A stretch of 64,000 nucleotides of DNA from the human T2T-CHM13v2.0 reference genome, Homo sapiens: assembly GCF_009914755.1 (NCBI RefSeq), contig NC_060940.1; one strand, given 5' to 3'. A program made the position numbers and the translations under genes. The notes under the pieces are model-generated. The model searched no databases. It worked only from the letters and a program-made list of their open reading frames with translations, and was not told where the DNA came from. The first letter of the stretch is position 1. The number at the start of each line of letters is the position of its first letter. Shown here piece after piece: positions 40,862 to 55,769 of this stretch.

Positions 40862-41720
40862 CCTTTTTATTTGACATGTAATAATTGTGCATATTTATGG
40901 AGTACAGAGTGATACTTTGATACATGTATACAATGTGCAATGATCAAATCAGGGTAATTAGCATATCCAGCTCCTCAGACATTTATCATTCTTTGGGTTG
41001 ACAACATTCACGTTCTAGCTATTTGAAAATATACAATACAATATTGTTAACCAGTCACCCCACAGTGCTACAGAACACTAGAGCTTATTCCTCTTATCTA
41101 GTTGTAATTTTGTATCTGTTAACCAACCTCTCCTTTCTCCACCTCCCCTCTACCCTTCTTATCCTCTGTGGCCACAATTTTACTCTCTACTTCTATGATC
41201 TCAATTTTCTTTTAGCTCCCACATATGAGTGAGAACATGTGGTATTTATCTTTCTGTGCCTGGCTTATTTCACTTAATGTAATATCCTCCAGGCTCATCT
41301 ATGCTGCTGGAATTAACAGGATCTCATTTCTTTTTACGCCTGAGTAGTATTATACTGTATATATATATCACATTTTCTTTATCCATTCATCTGTTGATGG
41401 ACACTTAGGTTGGTTCCACATCTTGGCTTTTGTGAGTAGTGCTGCAGTAAGAATGTGGGTGCAGCCATCTCTACAACACTGATCTCCTTCCCTGTGGATA
41501 AGTACCCAGTAGTGGGATTGCTGGATCATAGGATAGTTCTATTTTTAGTTTTTTGAGCAGTCTCCATATTATTTTCAATAGTAGCTGTACTAATTTACAT
41601 TCCTACTAACAGTGGATAAAAGCTCACTTTTCTCAGCATTATTGCCAGTATTTGCTATTTTTTGTCCTTTTAATAATAGACATCCTAACTGGGGTGAGAT
41701 GCTATCTCACTGTTTTGATA
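40862..41720 (-). mobile_element. L1MA (MA3/4-like) 3' end, sense to HYDIN
   Basis: aataattgtgcatatttatggagtaca...aatgatcaaatcagggtaattagcatatcc...ctttatccattcatctgttgatggacacttagg. Confidence 0.88.
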
Positions 41721-41776
41721 TGCATGTGAGTTTCTTTTATAGATGTTTCACTATTAAGGCAGAGATAAAAAATGTA

Positions 41777-42036
41777 GGAACAGAAAACCAAATACCACAT
41801 GTAAGTGGGAGCTAAACATTGAGTACGCATAGACACAAAGAAGGGAACAAAAGATTCTGGAACCTACTTGAGGTGGAGGGTGGAAGGAGAGAGAAGGTCA
41901 AAAAACTATCTATTGGGTATTATTTTATTACCTGGGTGACAAAATAATCTGTACACCAAATCCCCACGACACATAATTTTCCTATATAACAAACCTGCAC
42001 ATGTACCCCTGAATCTAAAGTAAAAGTTAAAAAAAG
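41777..42036 (+). mobile_element. L1PA15/16-like 3' end
   Basis: aggaacagaaaaccaaatacc...cacaaagaagggaac...aacctgcacatgtacccctgaatctaaa. Confidence 0.85.
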
Positions 42037-43659
42037 AACTCTGCTCTCTTATGCCAACTGAAAACACATTTTACCATCCTTTTGTAAGTGTTCATGTGAT
42101 AATACCCAAAACACTAAAAAGTAGTTAAGAGGGCTGACTATAAATCAACGAGTTGAAGCTTTAAAACATGTCCCTTACATAGAAAAAGAGGCGCAATTTT
42201 GAAAAAATGAAAAACTAGGTATAGCTTTACTCCAAACCAAGATAAACATCATATGGGCCACAAGTAGAACAGAAACAATAGAGAGGCCCGAACCTACAGA
42301 CCTACTGGGCTCTAGGTTCTGAAACCAGTAGAGGCAGCTTGAGAAAGAAAAACAGGAACGAAAATGATCCTGCAGGAAGCAAGGAATGAGGCCTAATGTC
42401 CCCTGCTAAGACAGCCTCCCCGCATTTGAAAGAAGGCTGAACAAAGTTGTGATGTTCCTGAAGCTATACCTTATACACAGACTGTGCCAGTGGTGGTGGA
42501 CGTGGTGGTGTTAAAGTAGAGACTGCTATGTAGACAAACCTGAGGCCAAGCCACTGGCCACTGCAGTGACTGAATCTGTGATTTCTCCAACATCCCCATG
42601 GGAGGAGAAGCCCAAATTTGATTCTGGATTAGTGGTCACTGTCTAGGCTGAAGGCAAATGTAAAAATGCTAGAAAAGAAGGTGTGAGCACTGAGAAGGAG
42701 AAAGAAACATCCTCCATATCAGATTGATTTATAATTTAAAATTCCAAATGCTCAGAAGAACAGCTGCAAACAATCAGGTAATGAATTCATTCTGGAACAA
42801 TCAATAGTGCAAACTGAAATTGATTAGAAAATGCACCCGAGATTCTTAAAGAGATACAGAATAGGAGAATATACATAAAACAAAGATTGTGAAACCATAG
42901 CAGTGAGGTAAGACTCAAGAATAAGCGGCTATAACCAATTACAAATCTTGGAATTGAAAAATATAGTCATTAAAATTAAACTGCCAATGTAAATAGATGG
43001 AATAAACTTTAGACTTGCCAAAATCAGACAGGATTTGCAAATTGAAACATACTGAAGAGGCAACAGAGAGAGATGAAGAGGTGAAAAATATATATGAGAA
43101 GTAAAATAAAAACAGACATGTAGGATAGTACAAGAATATATATATATAATATATATATAATATACACACACTGGTTGGGGTGTGTGTGTGTGTGTGGGTG
43201 TGTGTGTGTGTGTTTTCTTAATGAAGGTAACAGAAAGAATGTCAGAGAAGAAACATTTGAAGAGATAATGGCTGAGACATTCCAGAATTTAAGGCTCAAA
43301 TCCTCTGATATATTAAAGAGAAAATTTAAGAAAATCAAGGATAAAAACATAGTCTTAAGAGCAACTAGTGAGAAAAGACAAGTTACTTATAAAGGAACAA
43401 TAATCAGACTAACAGCAAAATTTTTATCACCAACAATTAATGCCAGAGGTCAATCTTCAAAGAGTTGAAAGAAAAGAGAAAAACCATCAAATAGAATCAT
43501 ATGCTCAGCTAAACTAAGCATCGTAAACTACGGATCTCTAGCATTAGAAAGACATAATTTAGTAGAAAGAAACATAACCACAAAAAAGCACAGAAATACA
43601 AGAAATAAAACAAGAAAAAAATCAACCAACTATTTTGGTAACTAGTGAGTGATACAGAA

Positions 43660-43860
43660 TAGACTCATAGCCCAAAAATTCCTCTGTGCTCTGCCTATTT
43701 ATCCATCCCTCCCACTAATCCCTGGCAACCACTGATCTTTTTACTGTCTCCATAGTTTTGCCTTTTCTAGAACGTCATACAATTGGAATCATACATATGT
43801 AGCCTCTTCAGGTTGGCTTCTTTCAGTTGGTAATATGCATTTAAGTTTCCTCCATGTTTT
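43660..43860 (-). mobile_element. L1MC-like fragment
   Basis: ccctggcaaccactgatctttttactgtctccatagttttgccttttctagaa. Confidence 0.75.
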
Positions 43861-44516
43861 TTAGCATTTAAAATCATAAGACAATATTTGGAATAATTTT
43901 TTACCAATACATTTGCAAACTTTGATAAAATTAAAAATTCTAGAAAAATTTAAATCTGAATAGTCATTATAGAAAATGATTCATTAGTTACAATTTCCAT
44001 ACATTTCCATGCATCTCCTAACATCCATAGACACACCACGATCCTGAGACAAAATGGTTTTATCATTAAGCAATAGATCCTACTTTATATAATGATTATA
44101 TAAGATCTTTTCCAAGGATTAAAAAAAGAGGTAAGGATAACTCACATTCTAAGAATGCAGTATTTTTGGTATCAAAACCAGAGAAATGCAACATAAAAAA
44201 AAGTAAAACAACAAATGCAAAAATATAATATGATAGCAATCATATCAACAGCATACTCAAATAATAGTATATTATAATTGGTTGGATTCATCCTAGGAAT
44301 GTAAAAGTGATTCACAACCAGAGAATCTGTTAATTTAATTTGTTATATTAACAGATAAGGAAAAAAATCATATAATCATCTGGATAGACACAGGAAATGC
44401 ATTACATTTCAGCACGTGTTAATGATAACAAATAAGAAAGGATTAGAACTTTCTTAATGTGACATAGGCGTTTACCAAAAACCTATAAGAGATGTTATGC
44501 TTAAAATGAAACATTT

Positions 44517-44871
<355 letters not shown>

Positions 44872-45725
44872 CTACTCTAACCTCTACTATTCAGCATTGC
44901 ATTGAAAAGCCTATCTAATGCAATGAGTCAGGAAAAAGCAGCAAAGAATTAAGGATTGAAAAGGAAGCTTGCAGATAAAAGTCTACGAACAGAATTAATG
45001 AAGAGATGTGTGGCAAAATTGAAAGCTGACACAAGAAAATTCAATAGTGCTCCTATAAATTATTATCTAGTTAGAAAATTCAATGCAAAAAGGTACCATT
45101 CACCAAAAGGAACTTAGGAGAGATGACAAAGGAAGTGTAAGACCTTTATGAAGAAAATTATAAGCCTTAATTAAAGGATATAAAAGAAATCCCAGTAGAT
45201 ATTCATAGTAAAGCTCCAGTGTTTATTTTCTAGGTATGCAAATTTGAGCTACTTATTTATCATCCCTGTGCCTCATTTTCCACATTGGTAAAATAGACAT
45301 AATAATAAAATCTACCTAATCAAGCTGTTGAGGATCATGTAAAATAATACATACAAAAGGACTTAGAACAGTGCCTGATACATAACAAGTGTTATTGTTA
45401 TCGTTAAGCTGTAGCTTTTAAGACAGTAAGGGTAGTGACACTGAGATAGATAAATGGGATATAACAGAAAGCTCAGAAACCCACCTAGGCACATATTAAG
45501 TCTGAAGTATAACAGAGGAAGCAATATCAATGCATGAAAAAAGGAAAGAGTATGCAAGAACTGGTGATAGGACGAATGGCTTTCTTCATGAAAAAAATAG
45601 ACTTTACTTGCATTAGATAAAAAAATAAACTTAGCTGGATTAAAGACATGAAAAATAGGAGTCTAAACCTATTCAAATAGAAGGACAGGGATTGATTTCC
45701 TAAACCATACACAGAAAACAGTTAT

Positions 45726-46006
45726 GGCTGGCCGCAGTGGCTCACACGTGTAATCCCAGCACTGGCTGAGGCGGGTGGATTACTTGAACCCAAGAGTTTG
45801 AGACCAGCCGAGGCAACATGGTGAAACCCCATCTCTACAAAAATTACAAAACTTAGCAGGGTGTGGTGGCGTGTGCCTGTAGTCCCAGCTACTTGGTGGC
45901 TGAGGTGGGAGGATGGTTTGAACCTGGGAGGTGGAAGGCTGCAGTGAGCTGTGATTGTGCCACTGCATTCCAGCCTGGGTGACAGAGTAAGAACCTGAAA
46001 AAAAAA
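45726..46006 (+). mobile_element. AluJ followed by a GAAA-rich tract
   Basis: Dimeric Alu with ggaggatggtttgaacctgggaggtggaaggctgcag. Confidence 0.9.
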
Positions 46007-48319
46007 GACAGTAAGAAAAGAACAAAACAAAGAAAGAAAGAGAAAGAAGGAAAGAAAGAAAGAAAGAAAATGGATACAGTGAAGAAAATGATTCATAAAA
46101 TTGACATCAAAACTAAAAACATCTTTAAAAAATCCAAAACTTCATTACAAAGAAAGGGCTAGTATCCACAATATATAACATCTATAAATAAATAACTGAT
46201 AATAGATAATTGACAGAAGAGGACACCCGAATGAAAATTCTCAATCTCAATAGTAATAAGGGATATACAAATTAAAACTACATAAGATATCATTTCATGT
46301 TCAGACTGGCAAGAACTTGAGTTGGACCATACTAAGTTTTAGCCACTACATAAATAGATACCTCAAACACTCCTGGAAGGGCACATTGATATAATCACTT
46401 TGGAGAGTAATTTGGCAACATCTAATGAGGTTGAAAATGTACCTATCTGAAGAGTCAACAAATTCCACTCCTAGATATACTCCCTATTTGTATATACCCA
46501 AAAACTCTTGCCTATGTACACAAGGAGACAAGTATTCTGTTCACTGCAGCATTGTTATAATAACCCAATTGTCAACAAGTAGGCAAAGAAATAAACATAA
46601 TAAGTGGTAAATGGAGTATCCACAGCAATTAAAATGAAATAACTAGATTTATAGGCATTAACATGCATAGATGTTGTAAACGTAATTTTGAGCCTGAAAA
46701 ATAAGTTGCAGAATGTCACATACAGTGATATGATTTATATACATTTTAGAAGCAACAACATGCCACAATATAGTATTTATGAATGCATATAATATATATT
46801 ATGTAATAAATATAAAAACATGGTTTGGACACACATCAAATTCATGATACGGTTGCCTATGGGCAGAGAGAAAGGACATAGGACTGGCAAGGAGAATCTA
46901 TGGAACTCCATAGACATTAACATTAATATATGATTTCTTTAAGTAAAGGATCTGAGGTAAATAAATGTGGGGAAAGATTAACATGTGTTAATTTTTGTAT
47001 CAAGTATATCTCTTGATTTTTTTCTGTATTAAAATATGTTTCATATACATAGTGTCTGACCTCCAGAATTAAATACTTCTATGGTAGAACAGACAGAAAA
47101 TAGACTAAAATGTAGAGAAGCTGAGTGATGGCTGACTTTTATCATGCAACCTTGGCCAGTTCTCTTAACCAAGAGAATCTCGGTTATCTGATCTGCTGAA
47201 TGAGGACACCGCAAACCTTAAGGGGAGTGGGTATGTGTTGAGAACACAGCACGTGCTAGGCATGAATCACATTAACACAAGAGTTGGGCTGTGAGCTAAA
47301 AACTAAATAGTATATTGTAAATTCACCTTAGGAAACAAAGCTACTATTTTGTAAAACCCATCAGAAACAAAAAGAATATAAAGAGGCTTAAAAACTGTAG
47401 TTGCTGTCTGATTCATGCACATTTCTTTCCTTTTTCCTTATGCCTTTTTCCTCATCATTTCCCTCCACAGATGTAACAATTTAGAGGGCAGAGCTAATCT
47501 ACTCATTGAAGCCTGAGAAACAGCCCATTCTATCTCCTCCTCACACACATTGTGGGGTGGAATAGCTTAATGATGTCATCTGTCAAAAGGCCCTGGAGTC
47601 ATATTGTTTGTCTATTAGAAATGTCTGTAGCATGGAATCTTCTAATACAGTCAATTCCCCAAGGAGAAGACAGAGTTCCAGATCTACAGTGAGCCCCAGT
47701 ATGCAGGGGTGATGCAGTGTACAAGGCATAGCTGCAGTTTTCTACAGACCAGTTGCTATAAGAAGTTTAAAATGAGCTCTCCGGTAATAGCCACAATTTT
47801 CACTCTCTCTGAAAATGGATAGAGTCCAGCACTGACAATCTCCCTTGATGTTAAATGCCTGCCAGCCAATTTCTTTCTGTTTGTCTATTTCTTTTGTTAA
47901 AGTAGGGGACACAACTTTGAATTTTAAACTTCTACTAGCTGTAGTAGTGAAGAATTTTTACACACATTTACATACATAACTAAATGCTCTATGTTATACT
48001 ACAAAGGATAAAAAAGAAAGTGAAAAAGTAAATTATGTGTCTTTATTTCAGATATACAATTGAAGGCATTTTGGTTGGCGGAAAAATGGCATTGTGGAGA
48101 TAATTTATATATGTACATTTCAACACCCCTCTGCATAAAATGAAGTACATACAGTCATTTTCTGTACTTCAGAAATACTCCTTAATTTCTTCTCCTGCCC
48201 TTTTAACAAATCCTACTCCTCTAGGTGTGTCTACCTTAAAGGGTCATTTATGAACATGAAACCGTGCTCCTTTCACCATTTCCAAGTCCATTTTCATAAG
48301 CACTGCTGGGGTAAAGTTA

Positions 48320-48565
48320 GGCGGTTCATTAGCGCAGAGGAAAAGAGAAGGAATCTGAAAGTCAGACCACTGGGGCCAGAACCAGGCCTGCCACTTACAA
48401 GTTGTGGCAATTAACTTAACCTATTTCTACCTAGTTAAAATGGGAATAATAACAGTATTTTCTCACAGAATTGTAGAAAATGAAATACTGTATAAAAAGT
48501 GGCAAATAGAATGAAATAGATGTTAGTCAGAATTAACTTAGTGTCACCATATTGCCATCATTATA
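48320..48565 (+). mobile_element. MIR
   Basis: tctgaaagtcagacc...ctgccacttac...taaaatgggaataataacagta. Confidence 0.65.
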
Positions 48566-50154
48566 ATTGTTAAGCCAGCTGCTACGTGCTGGAAAGTCAG
48601 TGCAGAGACTACTGTCATTTAAAGGAGACAGACACATCAACAAATACATACAGAAAGGGGGTCCCTATTTAAATGAGGAAATAACCCAGTGGCTGAGGGT
48701 CTGAAGGAGCTTTGAAAGCCCAATAATTCTCCCTTGCTGCCATATCACTGTGTATGGCTGTGGCAAGTGATGAAGAAAAATAAATGTTTTAAAAGAACGA
48801 TGCTTGGATGAGGCATCTGAATTCCTGTTTCCTGGATCCAGGAATTCTAAGTATCTCATTACAATGGCCTTTCTCTGCAGATCACGGAGGCAGAAGGCCA
48901 CTACAAAGATGTCTTGGTGCCATCTGAGTCCCAAGGTGTCACTGACATCTGGACCCAAGGTTTGAGCTAAAGGTAGCCAAGGCTGAATTAGAGCCAAGAG
49001 CAAAAAGAAAACGATTCCAGATGCTTCCAAACAAGTGCCGAGCAAGGCACTTCCTCTGCCTAGCAAGGGGCACCCATTAAAAGGAGGCATCTGTCCTCCA
49101 GCCCAGTGCTGAGGTCCCCAGGGCCCTGGGGCACTGCTGCATCCTCACCCTTATTTCCGCTGCTCATAGGGAGGGGAAAGTCTCTCTTCCTGATAGAGCT
49201 CCCTGCATACAAGCAGAGCGCGCATTCTCCTGCCAACAGGGCCTTTCCATTCTCCGTTCCCACATTCTGAGATTTGTTTTTTTTTTTTTTTTTTTTTTTA
49301 CTCCTTCAAACCAGAGGTGCCTTATTTGATTGTTCCAAAGAAGTCAGCCTGCTGGGAACTGTTGGTGGAGGCTGATATTCCAGGTGCAGGCATTGCAAAG
49401 CAAAGGAGAGTCTACTGTTCCAGGTCACAGAACATTCTTCCTTGTACTAATCAACTTTTTTTACACTGAAAATAAATTGTTTTAATAGAATATAAAAAAT
49501 ATAATCTTCACTGTTTCTTCATTCCATACTATATGAAGAGGTCCCAGGTGTTTTTAAAAATCATTTTTTTGTATAGTATTTGTTTCTGAGGAATTCCAAA
49601 TTGCTCTAAGTGTCATTTATCTTCCAATATCACTATGGAGGTAGGCTTTGGCTTCCCATCTCCTGACCCCTCTGGCTGATAACAAACAGCTGTTTCTTGC
49701 GAAGGGTAAATCTAATCACAGTGGTGCTGTGCTGTGTGGCCGCACATGAGGCTGAGTGTGACAGATGGCTGACGGTGAGTGCCACATCTGGGAAGGGCTG
49801 ACATTCACCCTATGGCCAAAAGAGGACAGAGAATGGCCCCTCCTGTCACAGCATCCAACAAGAAAAGAGAAGAACTTCCAGCACCTGAATTTGTAATAGG
49901 CTTGGGGAATAAACTATTAATTGAAGCTCTCTCCTAATGCTTAGTAATTCCTGTAAGAATGCATTTGAAGGTTTGGTACTGTACATCAAGTTGAAATTTT
50001 TCAGTTTCCTTCCACTGTAGTTAATTTCAAATTAGCATAGTTCAATTTTTATAACGTTAATACATATCATATTTACTAGGACATCCAACAAAAATCTCGG
50101 CTGAAATAAGCGTTTAATTTTCCCCTATAAGAACTACCTGAAGTTGAAACCACT

Positions 50155-50240
50155 TTTCTTTTCTTCTTTTGTTTTTTTTTGAGATGGAGTTTCGCTCTGT
50201 CACCCAGGCTGGAGTGCAGTGGTATGATCTCGGCTCACTG
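50155..50240 (-). mobile_element. Alu 3' fragment (~85 bp)
   Basis: poly(T)-gagatggagtttcgctctgtcacccaggctggagtgcagtgg...gctcactg, then abrupt end. Confidence 0.85.
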
Positions 50241-50721
50241 GACAGAGATTGACTCTTCCTCTCCCAGCATCAACTCGGTACTGAACCAGGAAGCAACACT
50301 TCCTAAGCAGTACCCTGTGCTTTCTACCAAACACATCAATTAACTAATTGGATAAAGACTAGTAAAAATGTCTTTTCTATAGGATTTTTCTTTAAACATT
50401 ATGAAACAATATTCTTTACATGAGATACACACAGTGCTAGAGCACGATTGGAGTTGTGTGAAAACCTCTATTAAAAAGACCAGTGACCATATGTGAATGT
50501 GGCTGCCTTCATAATGAGTAAAGATAAATGATAATAAAAATAAATAATGATGATAAATGGCTGCTAACTGGGACCAACGTCTCTGGTGAGCTGTCACAAG
50601 TCAGCAGAAAATGCCATTCCTTAAATTTTATGAAATTAATAATACTTGATTATTCAGAAATATCTGACAAATGCTGAAACTAAATGTTAGTTCTCATCCA
50701 AATGCAATAATTTGACGGTAG

Positions 50722-51782
<1,061 letters not shown>

Positions 51783-51894
51783 AGAAATTCCTAAACTCTA
51801 CAAAACCCCCACCATTTCATGTCTGTTCTTGTGCAAAAATAAAATAAAAATTAGCTTATAGAAGACTAGCAGGTCTAAATGTCATTATGAAATA

Positions 51895-53014
51895 CAGTTG
51901 ACCCTTGAACAACATGAGTTTGAACGGCATCAGTCCACTTTTATGTGGATTTTCTTCCACCTCTGCCACCGATGGGACAGTAAGATCAACCCCTTCTCTC
52001 CCTCCTCCTCCTCAGCCTACTTAATGTGAAGATGATGAGGATGAAGATCTTTATGATGATTACCTGCACTTAATAACTAAGTATGTTTTTGCTTCCTTAT
52101 GATTTTCTTAATAACATTTCTTTTCTCTAGCTTACTTTATTGTAAGATACAGTATGTGATACATATAACATAGAAAATATGCGTTAATCGACTGTTATTG
52201 GAAAGGCTTCTGGTCAACAGTAGGCTGTTAGCAGATAAGTTTTTGAGAGGTCAAAAGTTGTATGTTTCTTTTGCTGTGCTGAAGCTCTTTAGTTTAATTA
52301 GGACCCATTTGTCAATTTTTGTTTTTGTTGTAGTTTCTTTTAGAATCTTTGTCATAAAATCTTTGCTAGGGTCCATGTGCAGAATGGTATTTTCTAGGTT
52401 ATCTTCCAGGATTTTTATAGTTTTAGGTTTTACATGTAAGTCTTTCATCCATCTTATTTTTGCATATGGTGTGAGGAAGGGGTCTAGTTTCAATCTCCTG
52501 CATATGACTAGCCAGTTATGCAAATGCCATTTATTGACTAGAGAATCTTTTCCCCATTGCTTTTGTCAACTTTGTAAAAGATAAGATGGTTGTAAGCTGT
52601 GTGGCATTATTTCTGGGCTCTCTATTCTGTTGCATTGGTCTATGTGTCTGGAATGAAATCATGTCCTTTGCAGCAACATGGATGGAGCTGGAGGCCATTA
52701 TCCTAAGCAAATTAACACAGGAACAGAAAACCAAATGTCACACAAAGAAGGGAACAAGAGACACTGGGGCCTACTTGAGGGTGAAGGATGGGAGGAAGAG
52801 AGAATATAAAAACTACCTGTTGGATACTATGCTTATTACCTGTGTGATAAAATAATCTGCACACCAAACTTGTGACATACAATTTACCCGTGTAACAAAC
52901 CTGCACATGTACCTCCTGAAACTAAAATAAAAGTTTAAAAAAAAGTTATATGTGAATTTTCAACCGCATGGGGGTTTGGTGTCCCTAATCCTCACATTGT
53001 TCAAGGGTCAACTG
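51895..53014. mobile_element. Tigger2a (MER28) with both TIRs, split by an L1
   Basis: TA|cagttgacccttgaacaa ... ttgttcaagggtcaactg|TA. Confidence 0.9.
52266..52940 (+). mobile_element. L1PA15/16-like insertion with 5' inversion
   Basis: Antisense ORF2 segment 52266-~52650 joined to sense 3' end ~52651-52940; TSD aaaagtt(g/a)tatgt at 52253-52265 and 52941-52953. Confidence 0.85.
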
Positions 53015-53651
53015 TACATAGAAATGAGACAAATCCATTTCTAAAACCATTTTACATCTATTTTGTATCTGTCTTTGCTGTTCACTTTAATTTCTGTTTT
53101 TGGTGAATACTCTCCTGTATTTCAGACATCCTCACAAACTACCTTAAAATATTGCTAGAAGGAAGAGAGGAAAAAAATAGAATAAACACACCAACATATG
53201 TATAGCCAAAAGGACTCAAATTAAAGGGAGCACTTCTAGTTAAAGAGACATCTAAAAAGTGTTTTTTTGAGGGCTGGGGCTGGGCTTAGGTACAGTTCAG
53301 TAGGGGAGCTTGTTGACCTCCGAAGCATCTTCCTGAACTGGGATTCTATTGACTGTACTTGCCTGTTTACCAAAAGACATGCACACTGTGTTTCTTAATC
53401 AACAAAAAGTATTATAATAGACATCCCTTGAGCTAAGGCATCCCTTAATCAACAAAATTATTAATTGATGCATACATTATTATGTTAATTTATTATAATA
53501 AAGAAGAACTGGGGATGGGAATGACGTGGTTTAATACAACAACATAACCATGCAAATCTCTGCTTCTGGTGATCATTTTCAAAGACATGTTGCAAAAATA
53601 GGGCCATTGCCTATAAGCCAAAGCTGTGTTTCATCATGTCCCATGACTTAC

Positions 53652-53804
53652 CATGTGTGCCTGGAAAAATGCGGGAATGAAGGACTGGTTGCATAGGTTG
53701 AGAATCCTGGAAGAGTCTTTTAGGACGTAGATATTCCCGAAGTCCACTTGATTGGGATGGACGTAGATAACTGGGCCTTCTCCAGCGCTCTTTAAGTGAC
53801 ATAC
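53652..53804 (-). CDS. HYDIN: HYDIN coding exon, ~exon 18 (153 nt, phase 0-0)
   Basis: Acceptor ...ctctggcggaactcag|GTA, donor ATG|gtaagt; VCHLKSAGEGPVIYVHPNQVDFGNIYVLKDSSRILNLCNQSFIPAFFQAHM. Confidence 0.93.
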
Positions 53805-54860
53805 CTGAGTTCCGCCAGAGAGAAAGAACACAGGAACAGCTGGAAATGGCTAGCCACTTTTAGCCATTCCTTCAATAAAAAGCAAGGGCAAAAGAGGATG
53901 CTTATGAGAACTGGCACCCCTTCCCACTGGTGTGCTGTGGTCTCGGGAACACAGCGAGGGCCATGCTGGTCAGACCTGTGAATCCAGCCTGGATTTCCTC
54001 CCCGGAAAGAATGAGCAGCTTCCCCAGGTCAGCCCAGAGCCATGCATTGAGGGGAAACCAGAATCTGGGTCCCCTCCATCCCACACAGCACTCCAGCCTC
54101 AATGACACTTAGTACGGGGTTAAGGGTCAGCACTTCAAAGTCAGATGTGGCTGGGTTTGAGTTCCAGTTCTGTTGCTTTACAAGTGGTGTGGCAGGGCAG
54201 GGCCACTGCACATAGTTGTGAGGGTTGGAGATTGAAATCCACTTTGCTCTACTCTCTTCTTCCTGTCCCCGGAGCCAGGCACTGTGTCTGCCTGAGGAAG
54301 GTGGCCCTTTTCTTTCACAAAGTTCTGGCTGCTCAGCAAGCTACCCTCTCATGGGCTGCATCTGTGCAGGGGGGTAGGACAGCAGCACAGTGAGCCTCGT
54401 GGGGGACCTGAACTGGTGGCATGTTTTGGGGTTGGCCTGCCTTGGTGATGCTGCTTTATAAGTTAAGTGGCTTATTTACGGCATCTTATATGGGAGAGAT
54501 AAAAGCAAAATCCTAGTGTTTTACGCTGTCTAAGCAATCAGAGTCACAACAAAGAAACGTAAGGTGACATCACTAGTTCCCAAGTAAACCACATGTCTAG
54601 GAATACAGAGCCTGTTGGGCAACCTCCTGTAGGATTCGATGTTTATCCTTCAACTCAGCCTAAGCAGTGGAGAGCTTTCCATGAATCCCTCTTCCTCTTC
54701 CTCTTCCTCTTGGAGAGAGACTATTTCTCTTAACAGCTTGAGTAGGCTGATGGCACATTAGCTTGAGTAGGCTAATATGAGCCATGAGTCAAGTTAATAT
54801 ACAAGAAAAGCTCAGGTGAGCAGTGAAGGAAACTGATCTCCCAGCCTACAGGTGACAAAC

Positions 54861-55000
54861 CAGTGATACCCAAACCCAGCTTTGCACCAGGAACAACCAA
54901 GGAGCTTATTAAAAATACAGATGTGCTGGCTCCCGTACAGATGTGCTGGCTTCCTCCCCTCAGAGTTTCTGATTTCAAAGGACTGGAGAGGGGTCAGGCA
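54861..55000. mobile_element. MER5-like hAT fragment with internal 20-bp duplication
   Basis: ggagcttattaaaaatacagat...cagagtttctgattt; tacagatgtgctggct repeated at 54916 and 54936. Confidence 0.6.
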
Positions 55001-55001
55001 T

Positions 55002-55049
55002 GTGTGACAGTGTGTGTGTGTGTGTGTCAGAGAGAGAGAGAGAGAGAGA
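55002..55049. repeat. (TG)n(AG)n compound microsatellite
   Basis: Direct reading; ~250 nt downstream of the exon-17 donor. Confidence 0.9.
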
Positions 55050-55300
55050 AACTCCTGGTATCCTGTTAGGTTTAAGGATGATTGCTATAAAACACCGCTT
55101 CTGTTAGATGTAGCCATAAACAGATTCTGTAAAGTCACATAGCACCGGTATTTTACCATTGCAGAGTAAAAACATAAAACCCTACAACTCCAAGCAACTG
55201 GGGTGTATGTGAATATGGTGTGGGCCTCAAATGAGAAAGCTCAAAATGTTTGAGAAGAAGCACAGCAATTTCAATTGCAGTTCTGAAAATGGACTCTCAC

Positions 55301-55465
55301 CAAAGGGGGGTCCTGGCTCCCAAAGATTGAGATGTAAACCGTGGATCTGTGTTCTCCAGTGACCTGGGTCTCCAGGACCAGTGGTATGTGGATGGTGCTG
55401 CTTGGGGAGATGACCCCGCTGGGGGTGGGGCTGGAAAACAGCACAGTAGGCACCTCCTCACACAC
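55301..55465 (-). CDS. HYDIN: HYDIN coding exon, ~exon 17 (165 nt, phase 0-0)
   Basis: Acceptor ttttctctcccccag|GTG, donor TTG|gtgaga; VCEEVPTVLFSSPTPSGVISPSSTIHIPLVLETQVTGEHRSTVYISIFGSQDPPL. Confidence 0.93.
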
Positions 55466-55769
55466 CTGGGGGAGAGAAAACCAGAGGGGTAAGGACAGCA
55501 CAGCATGGAACAAATAGCGTATTTGCTTATTTTGAAGTGTTTTCCTGAGTCCGTAGAGGTGTTTTAGAAATGTCTTATTATTCAAGCAAGTAAATAGGGA
55601 TGAGCACCCCAATTCGGCCAAAAGGAAGTTTGGTTAAGTGGGATGTGCGTGAGGCCCAAAATTCAAAGTGCCCAGCACAGCAAGATGCAGAATTATCCGC
55701 AACTCAAATAAGTTCAGGGCAACAGCTTTCCACTTTCCTTAGGAAAAGGAAAAGGTCCACTTTCCACTT

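Noticed and set aside
48665-49090. 141-aa sense-strand ORF with a hydrophobic N-terminal segment
   Set aside because: No recognisable family, no clear splice sites or promoter; length compatible with chance in 64 kb.
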